From contig CP089276.1 in NCBI GenBank assembly GCA_023920165.1, forward strand, positions 3,968,001 to 4,032,000: a stretch of 64,000 nt of DNA. The letters are read 5' to 3'. The stretch's first letter is position 1. The number at the start of each line of letters is the position of its first letter. Both the position numbers and the translations under genes were made by a program. The notes beneath the pieces are model-generated. The model made no database searches. It was not told where the DNA came from and worked only from the letters and a program-made list of their open reading frames with translations. This stretch comes from Curvularia clavata (taxonomy: Eukaryota). Below, one piece after another: positions 38,378-52,460 of this stretch.

Positions 38378-40833
38378 ATGAGCGATGAGGCCGTCATCCC
38401 CTCTGCCCACGCCCAAGTGGAGCCCACCGACACCTCGACCCAGCTCGCGCCTGTTCTCTCCAACCCGCAAACTTCGCTGTCGCCCAAGGCCATTGCCTCG
38501 CGATCATGGCTTGCAAACGTTCGCCGGCCACGCACTTCACCAGGACCCCGCGCTTTTACCCTAAAGCGCACGCCACATGGGGATGATGACGACCGCAGAG
38601 ATTCGGCTTTGGCATCCTCCAATGGCACCACCATCACCGAACCACCTTCACCGCGGAGCCTGCGCAAGACGCCAAGCCTGCCTGCTATTGTAGTTCACGG
38701 CGAGCCCTCGTCCAAGGCAGACGACTCACAGGCTGAAGACGGCGCATCCTTCTCCGGAATCGACTGTATCATCCCCACTGGCAGCTTTGATGAAATTTCC
38801 TCGGACGCCTTGATATCTTTTTCTAAGCGGGGCAGCATAATGCTAGGTGGCAAAAGAGCAAACAGGAAGAGCAGACAGATGGATTTGCTGGTGCCAGGCG
38901 TGTCAACAGTAGTGAGCACACCGCCGCGACACGAAGGCCAGGAACAGTCGCAGTCAGAGGCACACGAGCAAATAGAGCCACAGTCAGATGCGCAGGATCA
39001 ACAGCCAGAGAAGGAGCAGGAACAGTCCACACCCGATCAAATGCAGCAGGAGCAACCACAACCCCCGGCGAGACACCTCTCCCCGCGAAAAACTTCGCGG
39101 GTCTCGGTCCGAACACGATCCGCAAGCCAGCGCGTCCTTTCGACAGACGAGATGACGCTATCGCGCAAGGTGCGCTGTATGTACATGCACGGAAATGAAA
39201 GCGCTGCCAACTGGGACACACACGAGGAAGATGCAAGGAGCATTCATCATAGCTATCGAGCCAATGGTAGCATCAGTAACGTGCCCATGGAGGCTATCGA
39301 GGATGACAGCTCCCTCATGAGCTCAAGAATTGGGAGTGTCTTTGCAAAGGAGCCCACGGAGACTGCTGGTGGCCTGGAGGACTGGGCTGATCTTGAGGGC
39401 GGCGAGGTTGACCGATATGGGTTTATCATCCCCAAAAGGTCAGGCTCAAAATCCAACAGTGAGGACATAGACGGCCCAGACGAGCCGCATATACAACGAG
39501 TTACTACAACATTGCAGATGCTATCCGAAGAACCCAGGCGCCGACGACTAGGTCGGAGCGCTTCAAGGGCGCCTTCGACTCGCTCTGGCGCGCCTCGAGC
39601 TGGCTCGCTGAAACGACGTCCTTCTGGCAAATCATCCAGGCCCGCGAGATCCATCTTCTCGGGCAAGACTTCTGACTCCCATGCCACCCTCAGACCCCTG
39701 CGACATGCCGCCAACAAACTGCCTCATAACCGCGACCGTCGGCTGAGAGACGAAGCAAGCGATATGCTCAAACTGCCGCCTGGCCTGGCAGAAGTTGCTG
39801 AACAGAAAGAGGGCGGTAAGGCTGCCCGAGCTATGAAAGCAAAGGAAATCGAGCGAAACGAGAAGTGGCGGAAAATGGCCAAAATCGTTCAGGCAGGGGC
39901 AGACAAAGGCGGTATGCTTTTTGAGTTTGACACCAAAGATTCAAAAGTCATTTCACGCACATGGAAGGGTATCCCCGATCGCTGGAGAGCAACGGCATGG
40001 TATTCTTTCCTCGCTGCAAGCGCGAATGCCGACGCCGACAGTCCGACCGAGGAGGAGCTCATCATCAACTTTTACGAACTTCAGGAAGAGAGCTCCGCCG
40101 ATGATGTCCAGATCGACGTCGATGTACCGCGCACCATCAATCGACACATCATGTTCCGGCGCAGATACCGCGGAGGACAGCGATTGCTGTTTCGTGTACT
40201 CCACGCCATGTCCCTGTACTTGCCCGAAACAGGCTATGTGCAGGGCATGGCTGCCTTGGCTGCTACACTTCTTTGCTATTACGAAGAAGACCGAGCATTC
40301 GTCATGCTCGTTCGACTGTGGCAACTTCGAGGCATGGAGAGGCTCTACGAGGCAGGGTTCGAAGGGCTCATGGAGGCCCTGGACGACTTTGAGCAGAACT
40401 GGCTGCGTGGAGGGGACATTGCGCAGAAAATGGTAAGCTCAAACCTTAAACCCCAAAAACGAATCCTAGCTTACAAAACTTTGTACAGAACGAATTGGGC
40501 ATCACATCAACCGCGTACGGTACCCGATGGTATCTCACTTTGTTCAACTATTCGCTCCCATTTCCAGCACAACTCCGTGTCTGGGACGTGTTCATGCTCT
40601 TAGGCGACAAGTCTCACGCCTCATCACCAAACTCCAAGTTCAACGCTGACATGGACGTGCTGCATGCGACTTCGGCTGCCCTCATTGATGCCATGCGAGA
40701 AATCCTGCTTGATTCCGACTTTGAAAATGCCATGAAGGTGCTGACATCATGGATACCCATCAAAGACGAGGAACTACTCATGCGCGTAGCCAAGGCAGAG
40801 TACAAGATGAGGAAGAAACGAGCCAATGCCTGA
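38378..40833 (+). CDS. Rab-GAP TBC-domain protein with long disordered N-terminus; intron 40433-40488
   Basis: Motifs VDRYGF, WKGIPDRWR, QIDVDVPRT (Arg finger), GYVQGM (Gln finger), RWYLTLF and LRVWDVF. Confidence 0.92.
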
Positions 40834-43800
40834 CGTAGGTCGGTGCTCGGCGCTGTGCCTGCCAGCTCCGACGTCACGGAAGCGACACGGTAAGGCTTCG
40901 CGGGCGCATTGCGATTTGAAGGTCATGTCGCACCCAAGACGGAAACTGTTCCTGCCGAACCCTTCTCTGTCTTCCATAGCCTCTTCCAGAAGCCACCGGG
41001 TCGATCTTTTTGAGATCAGTGGCGTGCGATGGCGTTGCATCGCGCGCGCCAGCGTCAACGTAGATGGCACGTTTTACGTTTTCCAAGGTTTTGCAACATT
41101 AGATGCCTCTTTTGCTTTTTGGTGGCATCCCGTCGACTTTAGCCGCGACACATCACTTCCTATTTACCTTTTTGGGTGCCCGTCTAGTGGTGCCACATGG
41201 GCGACTCTGCCGCTCCTACGGTATCAAAGGCGCCTCACTTCCTCTCCCTTGGGCCACGGTTGGGATATGGATTTACCTACTATTCTGGGAAAGCATTCTC
41301 CCAAGCCTTGCTTTCTCCAGCTTGGGTTTCGGTGTTGGGCGCACGGTGGTCATGATTACTGATCAAGATACCTCGTGCTTTGTTTATATGGCTTCTTTTT
41401 TTTTCGCGGTCTGGTTCTTCGGTCTGTATATGTGTATCCCTCTCAATATACCAGAGACGACTTTTTTTTATTTTGTCTGGAATCGCGACATAGGAAGTCG
41501 CGGCATCTTGCATATATTTTCATGTATACCCAGTATAATCTAAGCTATACAAGCTGCAATATAATAGTAAATCACATAATGGAAAACCAAACCAAGTCTT
41601 CGGTCCAGAGGTATCTCGATTGGTCATGCTTATGAGAGGCAAAATTGTTCGTGGAGATGAGGGCGTGTGGCTTTATTGATAGCTAATGTATTAACCCTCT
41701 AGATAGCATGGATCGGGAAATTGTCCGGTAGAGGGAGCGAGCATGATCAAAGGGTGTAGAGGTTGCTGGGTTGCTTGGCTCAGGAGAGTAGAGTTTTGGG
41801 CTAGAGATGAGACGGGTAGTACCTCCGGGAACGCCTCCAGGGGGTGCGGATCGAAGCGAGTACGGGACACAAGTGTGCGAACAGCGTTTGGCGAAGGAGG
41901 CATGCCAAAAGGGGTGAGGGAGAGACGGCCATTTTCAAATGTTCGGCAGTTGCAGTTGGGTGAGCTGTTTGGCGGACAAATAGGTGTATCTACCGGGGTG
42001 GTAGTGAATGTACAACGGCAGACGAAGCGTGTAAAAGTCACCAAGTTCGGAAGGTTGCGATCGGGCATCTTCATGGCCGGAGGGAATCTGCAGCCGACTG
42101 GGCAGGATACTCAAGGCGTGCCGTGTCGGCAATAATGACGAAGGCAACCAAGAGAGTTGCGGAGGGGCCCAAATAGGCAGTCGAGGGTGCCGATTTGGGT
42201 GGCAAACCGCCGCCAACTCTTGCCCCCGATGAACTTGTTCGCCTCCTCACTACGCGCGCGCGCAACTTTTGCCCCCGCAAACCACCATGGCCGTTTTACG
42301 GTTTGCCAGTGGACAGCCGTGACGACCTTCGGCATCCATGTATCGGCTACTCCGAACAGACAAAATCGCTGCGCCTCGTTTTTTGGTTTGACAGGCACCG
42401 GCGCCGGTGGAGATGCAACAGCAAAGCAGGCCGACGCTGATCTGTGGTCTGATTTTCGAAAAGGTGAAGCAAAGATCAGCAACTTGTTCGCTCAATTTAG
42501 TAACGCACCAGGCGGAAGCGGGTGAGGGGTGGGTGCAACAGCCGTCCCGCAATGGCCCTACCCTGCTAGGTGAGGTGAGGTTGGGAAGGCCAAGCGAAGG
42601 TGAATCGGTGCAGAAAGGTAAGTCGCTTTCGTACGGAGACTATACGGCCAAAGACTAGCCGGCCCGTGTCCAAGTCCTTCACACCTGGGTACGCTAATCG
42701 GACTGACTGGGGGCCGGCTCAATGGTTCAAGATGCGGGAAACGAGTGATCGACGTCTACGTTGCAGCTTACGTGCACTGCACAGCATCTTCAACCGCAAC
42801 TCGTCTCACCTTGCCTCTTGCCCATAGATGCAAGCGGCAGCTTTTCGCGGACGACGCTGTTTCCGACTCACCGATGTCTGGAGTGGGAATACTGCAGCTG
42901 CTTCTGACCCAGGACAAACAAAACAAAATCTAACCCCAACTTGGGAGCTGCTTGGCGTTTTAGCGACAGCATTTCATCGCCTTTCCGGATTGCTTCGTTG
43001 GGCAACATCCGTCTGTTTGTCGGTGAATGCCTATCCACCCTTCGGCGGTCTTCATGTGCACATTCGAGCCTTTCGAGTACACGTTAGACATACAAAATCG
43101 GCCCCAGACAAGTGTCAGAGACATCCTTGCTCCCTTTTTTTCCCCGCGGCCTTTGCCGGATCCTCTCCCCACGCGCTCTTGGAAAAAAAAATTCCCCTCT
43201 GTTGGGGTTCACATGTCGATACACATGGGAAAGATAGACAGCTAGGATCATGCACTTCAAACAATCATATCCCACCAATCCTGCGGCCTCCTGGCCGAGA
43301 GATTGTCTTCTGGGTTCTAGACTATCTGGATTTGCTCACAGAGTCATTTTTTGCTTACGCAGTTACATCACCGGCAATTTCGCCCTGGTATCCCCATTTC
43401 GACTGTTATTGTGATAGTCGCCGGAGCGGAATGGCGGTGATTGGTCCTGCAACTGGTCAGCCGTGGCCGGAAATCATACTCAAAGATCCTTCGTACAGAT
43501 CCGGCGCGCCGCGAGTTTCACGTAGATCCGCTGCATGGCCTGAACGAGCATAGTCCCAGCGCCGACACGGAAATTTACGTCTGTAGGCGATCGTTCGAGT
43601 GCTGGAGCCAGGCGCCCGGGCATTGCGCAACGCCGCGTCTGTTGACCCGTCCCTTTGCCTATCGTGGCTGGCAAGCTGTCATCTGCGTGCTTATTACGTG
43701 CTGTAGTGGGAACTCTCCGTCAGTGCTGGTGCGCACCGCTAGTCACAGCGCGACCTACCGCACGGGGGGAAGAGCGCGCGCGCACTCGCTCGCTGGCTGG

Positions 43801-45610
43801 CGCGAGGACCACCATTTTTGCTTCATCCGCGACAAGTCCAGCTCAGCACGCACGCACGCTCGCTGGTACCCTATCCCGGATCCTGGATGCTGTGTGTCGG
43901 AGCGCATGGTCACTATTCTTATCGATTGGGCCATGGTCATTGTCGGCTTTCGTCGATCCGGAGGGATCCCCTCCAAACTGACAGGTTGGAACCGGCGCCT
44001 TATTCCGTGCGACTTGTGCTAGTCATCACACTGTGCTCAGCCGTTGGCGCTATGACGGTATCTGTATACTTGTTCGGGCTATGACACTAAGCTCGGAACG
44101 GGTACTGCAACAGGGCCACAGGATCCTAGGTGTACGCTCCCACTTGATTTCAAGGTTTCGCGCCCATGCACGGAGGCTCTTTCGAACACGAAACCCTCAT
44201 TTTACGCTTCCACTTCGGGATATTATTTGGCTGAAGACGTGACGACGGAGATGACCCTTCATTTCCTAATCATGCCATGGGGACGGCCCAGGTAGACCCA
44301 GGCCACCCACACATAACCTGCGTAGTGGTAATCTTGCGCTCGCTTGCTCCCGGACGTTGACCCTGCTGGTTGGTGCTAGCGCATGGCTCAGATTTCCAAG
44401 GCCACAACCAGTCAGTCCACACCGTAATCCCTGACCCGCCGCGCATGGATAATGAATGAAGCAGCGACGGACGTGGTCCAGAGCAGAGTGGCACGCCATG
44501 TTACCCAATTCGTACTGGATGCTATTTCCCATGGGCGGGGAATCAACGCCCAACAACGCGGCAAGCACTGTTAGAGCCGCTCTGCAAACCCAGAACCAGG
44601 CTTGAGCAGTCCCAGTACAACGTATCCTACAGCACAGGCACGCCTGGTACTGTTCCTTCTTGTAATGCACAGCGCAAAGCAGCAGCAGCACGCCTCCGTG
44701 TGTACGCAGGTCGTCGTGGACAGCAGACATCACCCTTACACTACTTTACTACGGACGGGGCCAGGGTATGCATGGGGCCAAAAGTGAAAGCTACCACTAC
44801 GCCAGCTCGAAGCGTCTAGCGGAGTCTGATGTATCGTTAAGCTAAGTATTACTGCTGCTGGCTTGGAGCTGAAGACGCTTGGCTGGCAGCGGGACTGTTC
44901 CTGCGGCGAATCCCAACGCCACATGTGGGAACCACTACCAGATTTTGCATCAAACTAGAGGCCTTTTTCAGGCGCTTTGCATGGTGGGACTACAAGTACG
45001 CGCACTGCAGTTCTACTCTCGCTGACAAGCATCTCTTTCCATGCATATCCCTGCAAAGTCCCAACCCTCCATCACCTGCAGAACGCCACACATCGGCTTT
45101 CCTTGACATACGGCTTGCCGTTTTTCTCGTACTTCCTCAAGCCTCTGAGCGCCGTCGTTGCCGTCGGTTGGCCCAACTCCAGTCGGCCCTCTTCCCTCCT
45201 TGCACGCCATTCCCCACTGCTTGCCCACCTTCCCTTGTCTGTCTCTAATCTGGGCCAGATCGACCGCGCCAGCCCACGCGACCTTCTACGGGGGGCGCTT
45301 GATCTTCTTTGCAGGCGAGCTTTGCCTGTTGCTTTCCCTCCCTCCCTCTTCGTTGCCCTGTCAGAGCCGCGAATCACATCAAAGGCTCCCGGGACAGGGG
45401 GCCCATTCAGCCTAGGCCCTGAGGCAACGGCTACTGATCTCATCTTGGGCCATGTGGACAGTGCTTCTAGTGAAGATGCTCCTGGTAAAATAAGTATGTA
45501 CACCACTCCTTCTCCTTCCGGAACTTAAAATTTCTGGCGCCACCCAAAGTGATTCATTTCAATGCCGGACTGCTTCTATCATATCCTCCGCATCGGCTCC
45601 ACCTTCCTTC

Positions 45611-47179
45611 ATGTTGCTCACACTCTCTAACCCGGTCAAGCCCGACTTCGACTTCAAACCTCATGCCTACTCTGCAGCCTTTTCACCTTCTACCGCTACT
45701 CGATACTCTGACAAGCCCCACGGCGGGCCACCTCCCCCCTCACAGCCTGGCAACTCCTCTTCCACGATGAGCACGCCTCACCGAGGTCTTCCTCCACCCT
45801 CGGCAATGACTTTGCCTGAGCCGGCGCGAGGACCTCCACCAATGTCTTCCTCATTAGGCCAATTACCTCCTGCGCCTTCTCAATGGCAAGGCGCTGAAGA
45901 TGGTATGAAGAACTGGCTGGCGACCAAGGCCGAGGAGGAGAGACGAAAACAAGAGGAGGAAAAAACAAGACAGGAGACTTTACGGCTTGAGCAGCGCAAG
46001 GTCGAGCAGTCAATGCTTAGGGAATCCATGCAAGGCGGTATACCGCCTCATCTTGTGCCCATAATATTCGCTGGTATTGCTGGAGGCAGTCTTGCCAGCA
46101 TCAGTGCCGAATGGATACAGCAATACACATCACAGATCCAGGCTGCCCACCAACAAGCGCAGGCTCAGGTGCAACCACAACTCTCTCCAGATCTTCGACG
46201 GGATCCGAGGATGATCGGACAGCCACAGTCAACAACGTATGCGGGCCAACCCGGACAAACAATCGTTCCTCCAGCGGCCGTGCTTCCCGGCCAACCTCTA
46301 CCTTCACAAAATCAGCCAGCACCACTCTCTACTCCAGGGTACGCTCCTGGACAATTATCACCACGCGCGAGAGCTGCGCAAGCCGGTCTTGGTGGCCCTC
46401 ATCCATCAGTACCACGATCCTTACCACAATCCCAACTACCACGGTTAACAACCAACGAAATCACTATACAACAACCTCCTCCTACACCAGCCGGAGTGCA
46501 ACAACTACAACAGACGCAAACACAACAGCAAGAACAATCATCACCCTCCATCTACTTCCACCACTGGGTTCCTCCATCGTCTTCTTCACAAGAAAAGAGT
46601 TCGAGCGGGAACCCGCCAGCTACGCCTTCAGGTAAATACAAAACTTCGCCTGTTCACCAGTCACGGCAACGTGCAGCGTCGCATGCGTCTGACCTAGAAT
46701 ACACAAGCAGCTCCCCCAAAAAGCGCAAGGCTCAAGGCCCACACCAGCCAGCGCCACAACCTACATCGGCGCCAGGATCCAATGCATCGCCCTCCTTCTC
46801 GCACAAATCTTCGTCGTCAACGTCGACTCCAGGACAACGAGGACATGCTCGAAACCGATCTGATGCATCCACGCGGGCGCCGGACGCCTCCAGCGGTTCA
46901 CTGAGTCGTCGAGGTACCATCTCTGGACTCGCACACGAGACGATCGTGCGGCAGGGCGACAGAGCAGAAGAAGCGCGGGATGCTGAGAGCAAAACACATA
47001 CCAGTTCAGAGCAGGCATACGCAGCTCCGTCTCAGAGAAATGAGCAGCCAGGACACAGTCAGCCCAGTTACGCGCCGACATCTACTGCTGTTCAACCTGA
47101 AACCCCAAAGTATGGGGCACAACAGCATTGGGATCGGGGATATATGTCATCTCCTAAACGGGAAGTTGGGGACCATTAG
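45611..47179 (+). CDS. Low-complexity P/Q/S-rich hypothetical protein with a coiled-coil block
   Basis: 522-aa ORF with ordered-looking blocks WLATKAEEERRKQEEEKTRQETLRLEQRKVEQSML..GIPPHLVPIIF and SPSIYFHHWVPP, and an NLS-like PKKRK. Confidence 0.75.
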   Translation: MLLTLSNPVKPDFDFKPHAYSAAFSPSTATRYSDKPHGGPPPPSQPGNSSSTMSTPHRGLPPPSAMTLPEPARGPPPMSSSLGQLPPAPSQWQGAEDGMKNWLATKAEEERRKQEEEKTRQETLRLEQRKVEQSMLRESMQGGIPPHLVPIIFAGIAGGSLASISAEWIQQYTSQIQAAHQQAQAQVQPQLSPDLRRDPRMIGQPQSTTYAGQPGQTIVPPAAVLPGQPLPSQNQPAPLSTPGYAPGQLSPRARAAQAGLGGPHPSVPRSLPQSQLPRLTTNEITIQQPPPTPAGVQQLQQTQTQQQEQSSPSIYFHHWVPPSSSSQEKSSSGNPPATPSGKYKTSPVHQSRQRAASHASDLEYTSSSPKKRKAQGPHQPAPQPTSAPGSNASPSFSHKSSSSTSTPGQRGHARNRSDASTRAPDASSGSLSRRGTISGLAHETIVRQGDRAEEARDAESKTHTSSEQAYAAPSQRNEQPGHSQPSYAPTSTAVQPETPKYGAQQHWDRGYMSSPKREVGDH

Positions 47180-50100
47180 ATTGGGAAATGGTTTCAGCGG
47201 GATTGCCATACCCATCCGGATTGGCTATTACCTGGAATTCTCTATCGGCCCTTTGACACGCACTCTATCCCAGTCGTAACATCAGCCTAGGGAATACGAG
47301 TGCGAGAATAATACATACGAATTTAGGGCACATTGATTGTCATCAGACCGAATCCACTGCAAGATTATCTTGGCGCAAGGCTTTTTTTTTCTTTCCCACC
47401 CTCTAGACAATTGCTGTCATTTGCAAGCGAAATGAGCTCGACTCCACCGACTTCCACAATCCGGGTTTTCCCTTTCATCTCGAAATCTTAGTGCACGGCC
47501 CCAGAACCCCACCAGAGAACGACTATCCCAGTCTTGTAAAATTGCGGTCCAATATCGTTCCCACGGCTACGTACATTGGTCGCAATTTTACTCCAGAAGA
47601 GTTCTAGGCAAGTTGGCGATTCGCGAACCCGAGGTTAGTTCCGAACGCTTGGTATACATCCCTTTCGGGCATGGCTCCAATCTCGCAGGAGCGCATCTGG
47701 GTTTCTTTTTGGCAATCGCATGCTAGTAATAACTGGCGTTTTATCGCAACGCATCAACAACCGGTCAAAGCCTTTGGGCAAGCTTGCGACGCTCGGCAAC
47801 AGCTCACTTGCAGCGCTCAACGTGCTCATCATGACACGGCTGGCCGTGCTGTATTCTGCACGTTCGCCTCCCCACTTCCCGGCTTCACTCCTCTTGAGGG
47901 AAAAAGATGGGTCTCGTCAGCGTTACTGCGCTTTGATACTTGTTTTTATGCCAGCTTACGACCCCGCACGTTACGAAACATGCAACGTTTGCTTCTGAGG
48001 AGAGCGGATGTATGCGCCAAAACGGTTGGCTGTGTCGGAGGTTTTTTCCCTCTACTTGGCCTTCCAAGACGTTCCGTATTACCCAGCTTACTCGCCACCA
48101 TACAACCTTGGATTCATGCGCACGGCTTTTCTCTCGGTCGCGTCAAGATGACAAAAGCCGTTTAGCGCCGACTGATTACCTCGTCAGCTTTTCCTACTTA
48201 GGTCTATCTTACGATTTTCTGCGCCCACTTGACATCGACCGGTTCCGGAGCAACATCCTTGTGCTATAACATCAGGCCCAACGTCGTCAACCTCCTCCAC
48301 TCGGGCGCTGGTTTCTGGAGAATATTCCTCTTTCGTTGCCAATGTTCTGCTGGGGCTTATTGGCTTTGGAATGGGAGCCGATCTGGTCAAGCCCCTTTGC
48401 AAAGCTCACCGCCCTCCGCCTTTGACAATTTGCAACCTGGTCCACACGTGCCTACTGCTAATGGCACTTGTTCCGTGATTTTTGATCTTGTTACTGCACC
48501 GATGCGTGCATCTTGACGAAAAGACTAGCTACTTGGAATGGGAACGGGAGCCGTTTACAAAGAATGACATGCGTGGTATCCGGCATATCACACATCAGCG
48601 TCTTATCTTAGCACGTTCTCTATTCCAGTCCTTCTGGAACATCAGACTGGGAATCTTGAAACCGGCAAATATGCAATGAAGCGGCATTGTCTCGTTTCAC
48701 TGTTGTTTTGCAGCCTTACTCAACCTTGCCCGTTTGAGTATCCTTTTTCTCCACACGCTTTGGTTATCAGATTGTTCGTATATACCCACCCTTGTAGATT
48801 TCTCTTCTCACGTGGGCAAGCATATCCCATGCGACCTTTTTTTTCTACTGTTTTGGGTTAAACGCAGGGTTTCGTCGTTTTGCTCTTTCTGTCTCTCTTT
48901 CTCTTTCGGATTCCCTTTACCCCTTCCTAGTTTATCAGCTATTATGTAAGGTTGTTGGACTCAGCTCGGAGGTTTTTCTGCTTTGGTCCTGTTTACAGCT
49001 GTACATACTGCACCTGACCTGTCGTTTCTTCTTCTTTTTGGCTTTTACTTCTTGCTAAATCATAGCGTGGTGGGGAGGAGGTTTGAGCTTTGGCGGGTAG
49101 GGTGACTTGATCAAGTAGCCAATAGGCGCTGGAATGTTAGAAAACGAAATGGTATACCCTTATCACGGATGTAAACGCATCCGTGATGTTCTCGCAGCTG
49201 AGCGATTTGATGATGTTATAGTGACCCAACAAGGAAAAGAAGTGCAAGCACGTGTGATGATCGATCATCAAGTCTAGCATCAGAGACGATGGACTACGAA
49301 TCCCTTTTTTGAAGTGCATCAAAGAAAGACCATGTTACCCTTGTTTAGCATCATCGCGACCATCTTCTCCACCTTTGCTCTTTTCTTTTTCTGTCCCCTT
49401 CGCCTCTTGTCCTCTTTCCCTAAACGAACAACAAGAGCGCGCAAAATAAATAAACAAACAACCCATGCACTGAACATAGCCCCTGCAAAACCTTCCCTTT
49501 CTCCATCCGAGCCTCATGTCACATTTGCTGATCTCATCACTATTACCTCACCGGTACATGTAATGCCAAAAGCCTCATGCCCAACAAAAAGCAACCCATC
49601 ACGACACAGGTGTACAGAACGAGCAATCGTCAGACCATGAAAAAGCAAAATACCATACCCCCTTGTACCCGAAACGGGATCTCAGCGCCGGGATCCATCG
49701 ACCCGTATTCGGGAGATGGACATAGTTTTTCGATACGGGGGGGAAGGGGAAGGCTCCAGGGCCTCGGAGGGGAAGATCTACACGCAACCGCGCCTCTTGA
49801 TGTGTGTGGGGACACCATGTCTCGTCTGCAATGGGCGGTGAGAGATTGATTGGCGCTTGCAAGTATACACAGCTACAGCTGTGTGTTGCTTTTTTGCCGG
49901 AGGTAGGCGGGGCAAGGGGGTCAGCAGGAGGAGGCTATACTGCCTTGTAGCAAGCGTGTATATGGGGCTGGTTTGGAGTGGGATAATTGGGTGGGGGAGT
50001 GGTGCAAGGGCGGTGACGGAATAGTAATCATGTATGTAAGTATATCGTTGCTTTTAGTTCGGTAGTTAGGGGTGATGTTGGTGTGGTGGGGGCGAAGGAA

Positions 50101-51078
50101 GGGGGGATGGGGGCGGTGAGATGTAGAATCCCAGTGTTGTGGAATGTATACCTTGCTCTCACTTAGCTGGAGGATATGGTTGGACAAGGATAGGGGGGGT
50201 TGTTCGTCTTGGTGGATTGGGGCGGTTTGTGTGGTCGGGATAAAGTGATCTAAATGCGTAATTGTGGGGGGATGGCTGATCTGGTGAGGCAGCGGGGGCG
50301 AGAGAATGTGGAAGGGGGAAGATTTCTTCTTACGGCTATCGTAGAATGAACAAGGGATTGCTGGAAGGGGCTGATATGGACCCTGACTGGCTTGCTGTGA
50401 TGCGCGGAATGTTTTCTTTTTTTCTGCATCTTGCATCGGGGCGTTAAGTTTGCTTGGCGGAAAGGAGAAGGAGAAAATGGATCTCGTGTTGAATCGGCGG
50501 ATGCAAAGGGATGATCAATAGCCATTAGTGAAGCGGTTGTCGAGATAGCCGGAGAGAAGGTTGGGGAGATTGAAAGTTGTATCTAGATCCGATGGTCTTA
50601 GGCTAGATGCTCGAAGAATACATACACGCCGTTTGTGGATGTGCCTGCGTATAGCAGTACAATTATACCCCGATGGTATCAACCCATGTGCCTGTATCCA
50701 TGCTGGAGATCTGTATACACGCTACACATCTTGTGTCCCTGCAACACATATCCTCATGTAGTAGTACTCCTTCACGTTCAGTTGGCACGCATCAGCCACA
50801 CCTCTGCCCCACTTCGTGGCGCATGCCGTACCCCACCATCGGTGGTCCGTGATGCGGCGGTGGCAGCTGCAGCCTGAACATTCGGCGACAACAGCAAACA
50901 GCAATCACTTACTTTGCTGCCTGTAGTGCTATACAGCTCCGACCGAAATATTTATCCTGCGCTCCGGAATCTCTAGGATCTCAACCCTCCGACGAAGCAA
51001 GACGCGACTGTCACACGTGCTGCACATATATCCAACCATCGACGTCACTGAAGCGCGCGACACACAAGGACAGGCAAG

Positions 51079-51595
51079 ATGCTGATCAAGTACGTCCAAG
51101 GGCAGAGATTGTGCGGTCTAAGAAATAGAACAAATGCTGACAGAAGTGGTAGAGTACGAACACTCACTGGCAAAGAGATCGAGCTCGACATCGAGTCGGA
51201 CTACAAGGTACGCAGCCGCCAATCCACCATCGTCGCATAGGCACACTACCACCGCCACCGGGTCCTTCAGAACAGACAACTTGGACAAGGAATTTGAGGC
51301 TAGCTACAGAGTCAAGAGACTAACAGGGTACATAGGTCTCGAAAATAAAGGAGCGCGTCGAAGAGAAGGAGGGCATTCCACCTGCGCAACAGCGTTTGAT
51401 TTACGGCGGAAAGCAAATGTATGTCTCACATGTCCTTACATACGGCCCATGGCTTTCGATTCTTTCGTGCATAATGCCGTATGGACAGAAGCTAACACAA
51501 TCGTGTGCAGGAGTGACGACAAGACGGCGGCAGACTATCAGCTCGAGGGTGGCGCCACATTGCACTTGGTGCTTGCGCTTCGTGGTGGATTTTAG
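51079..51595 (+). CDS. NEDD8: NEDD8/Rub1 ubiquitin-like protein; introns 51090-51152, 51208-51335, 51419-51510
   Basis: Spliced 77 aa: [77 protein letters not shown]. Confidence 0.96.
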
Positions 51596-52216
51596 TTTCC
51601 CTCTTATCTCGATCTCCCGTCTGCATATCTACATCTGTCCAACTCACTTTCTACTGCCTAAGCGGACTCGGATATGTCGCTTTGAATGAATACAGAATAT
51701 TACCTCTACTTCATGCGCATGCCTCGGTACCTATCTAATGCCCGTGATTGAAATTTTCCATCGGTCGTTTGCAATTGGAGGACTCGAGACATGTCTAAAT
51801 GTATGCTACTGGGAATGGGTTGGTGCAACTACAAGCCTCTACTTTGCAGTAGCTTGAGAGCGTGAGCAGAGGGAGAGTGGATATCGCAGTGTGGGAGAAT
51901 TGCCTTGCGGTTTATGCAGGAAACGTGAAGTTCGTCGGACTGTGCATTCTATGATAGTTGCTGTCTTAGACTTCGCTTTGAATCAGATGTGTCACTTTCC
52001 TCTGTCGTTGAGGCCAGACTTGCTAACAAAGAGATGAACCAATATGTGAACTGTGGCCTAAAAGTTGGATTGATTTGAATGTTATTTCATTTTGGTTTAG
52101 AGTGTCGAAGTTACTCAAGTAGAGCAAAAATCGTTTGTAGCGTAATTTGATAGCATAAATATAACTAATCTTACTATCATCACACGTTTACAAAAAATAA
52201 CACCAGAAATAAGTAT

Positions 52217-52460
52217 AAAAAAATTGCCCCCGTCATCAAACGAACCCCAGCCTATATGCAACCTCGGCAGCGTCACATAAGAGTGGCCAGCTCATGTATG
52301 TGATTAACTCCGAAAGCCCATATAGTGGTTTGTATACGCCACGGTCACACAGCGGGTCCCTTTCGGGTCCAACCCCCATTTGCTTGTGTGCGGTGTGCCC
52401 ACCCCGACTAAGACGTCTCAAAGCCGAGTTGGGTGTATAGGTTGGTTCTGTTGGGAGATG
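52217..52460 (-). ncRNA. Candidate structured non-coding RNA of unknown family (possibly Pol III)
   Basis: Three long hairpins whose G-U pairs and CCC-GAAA-GGG tetraloop work only on the minus strand. 5'/3' ends are complementary. TATATAA lies ~25-30 nt upstream and a T7 run ends the unit. Confidence 0.55.

Noticed and set aside
41600..45400. Many 60-240 aa ORFs on both strands
   Set aside because: Mostly non-ATG starts, no motifs or codon bias; more consistent with a long regulatory region.
47300..50900. Short ORFs and pyrimidine/purine-skewed tracts between the low-complexity gene and NEDD8
   Set aside because: They look like UTR or lncRNA-type sequence; no coding or structured feature could be supported.
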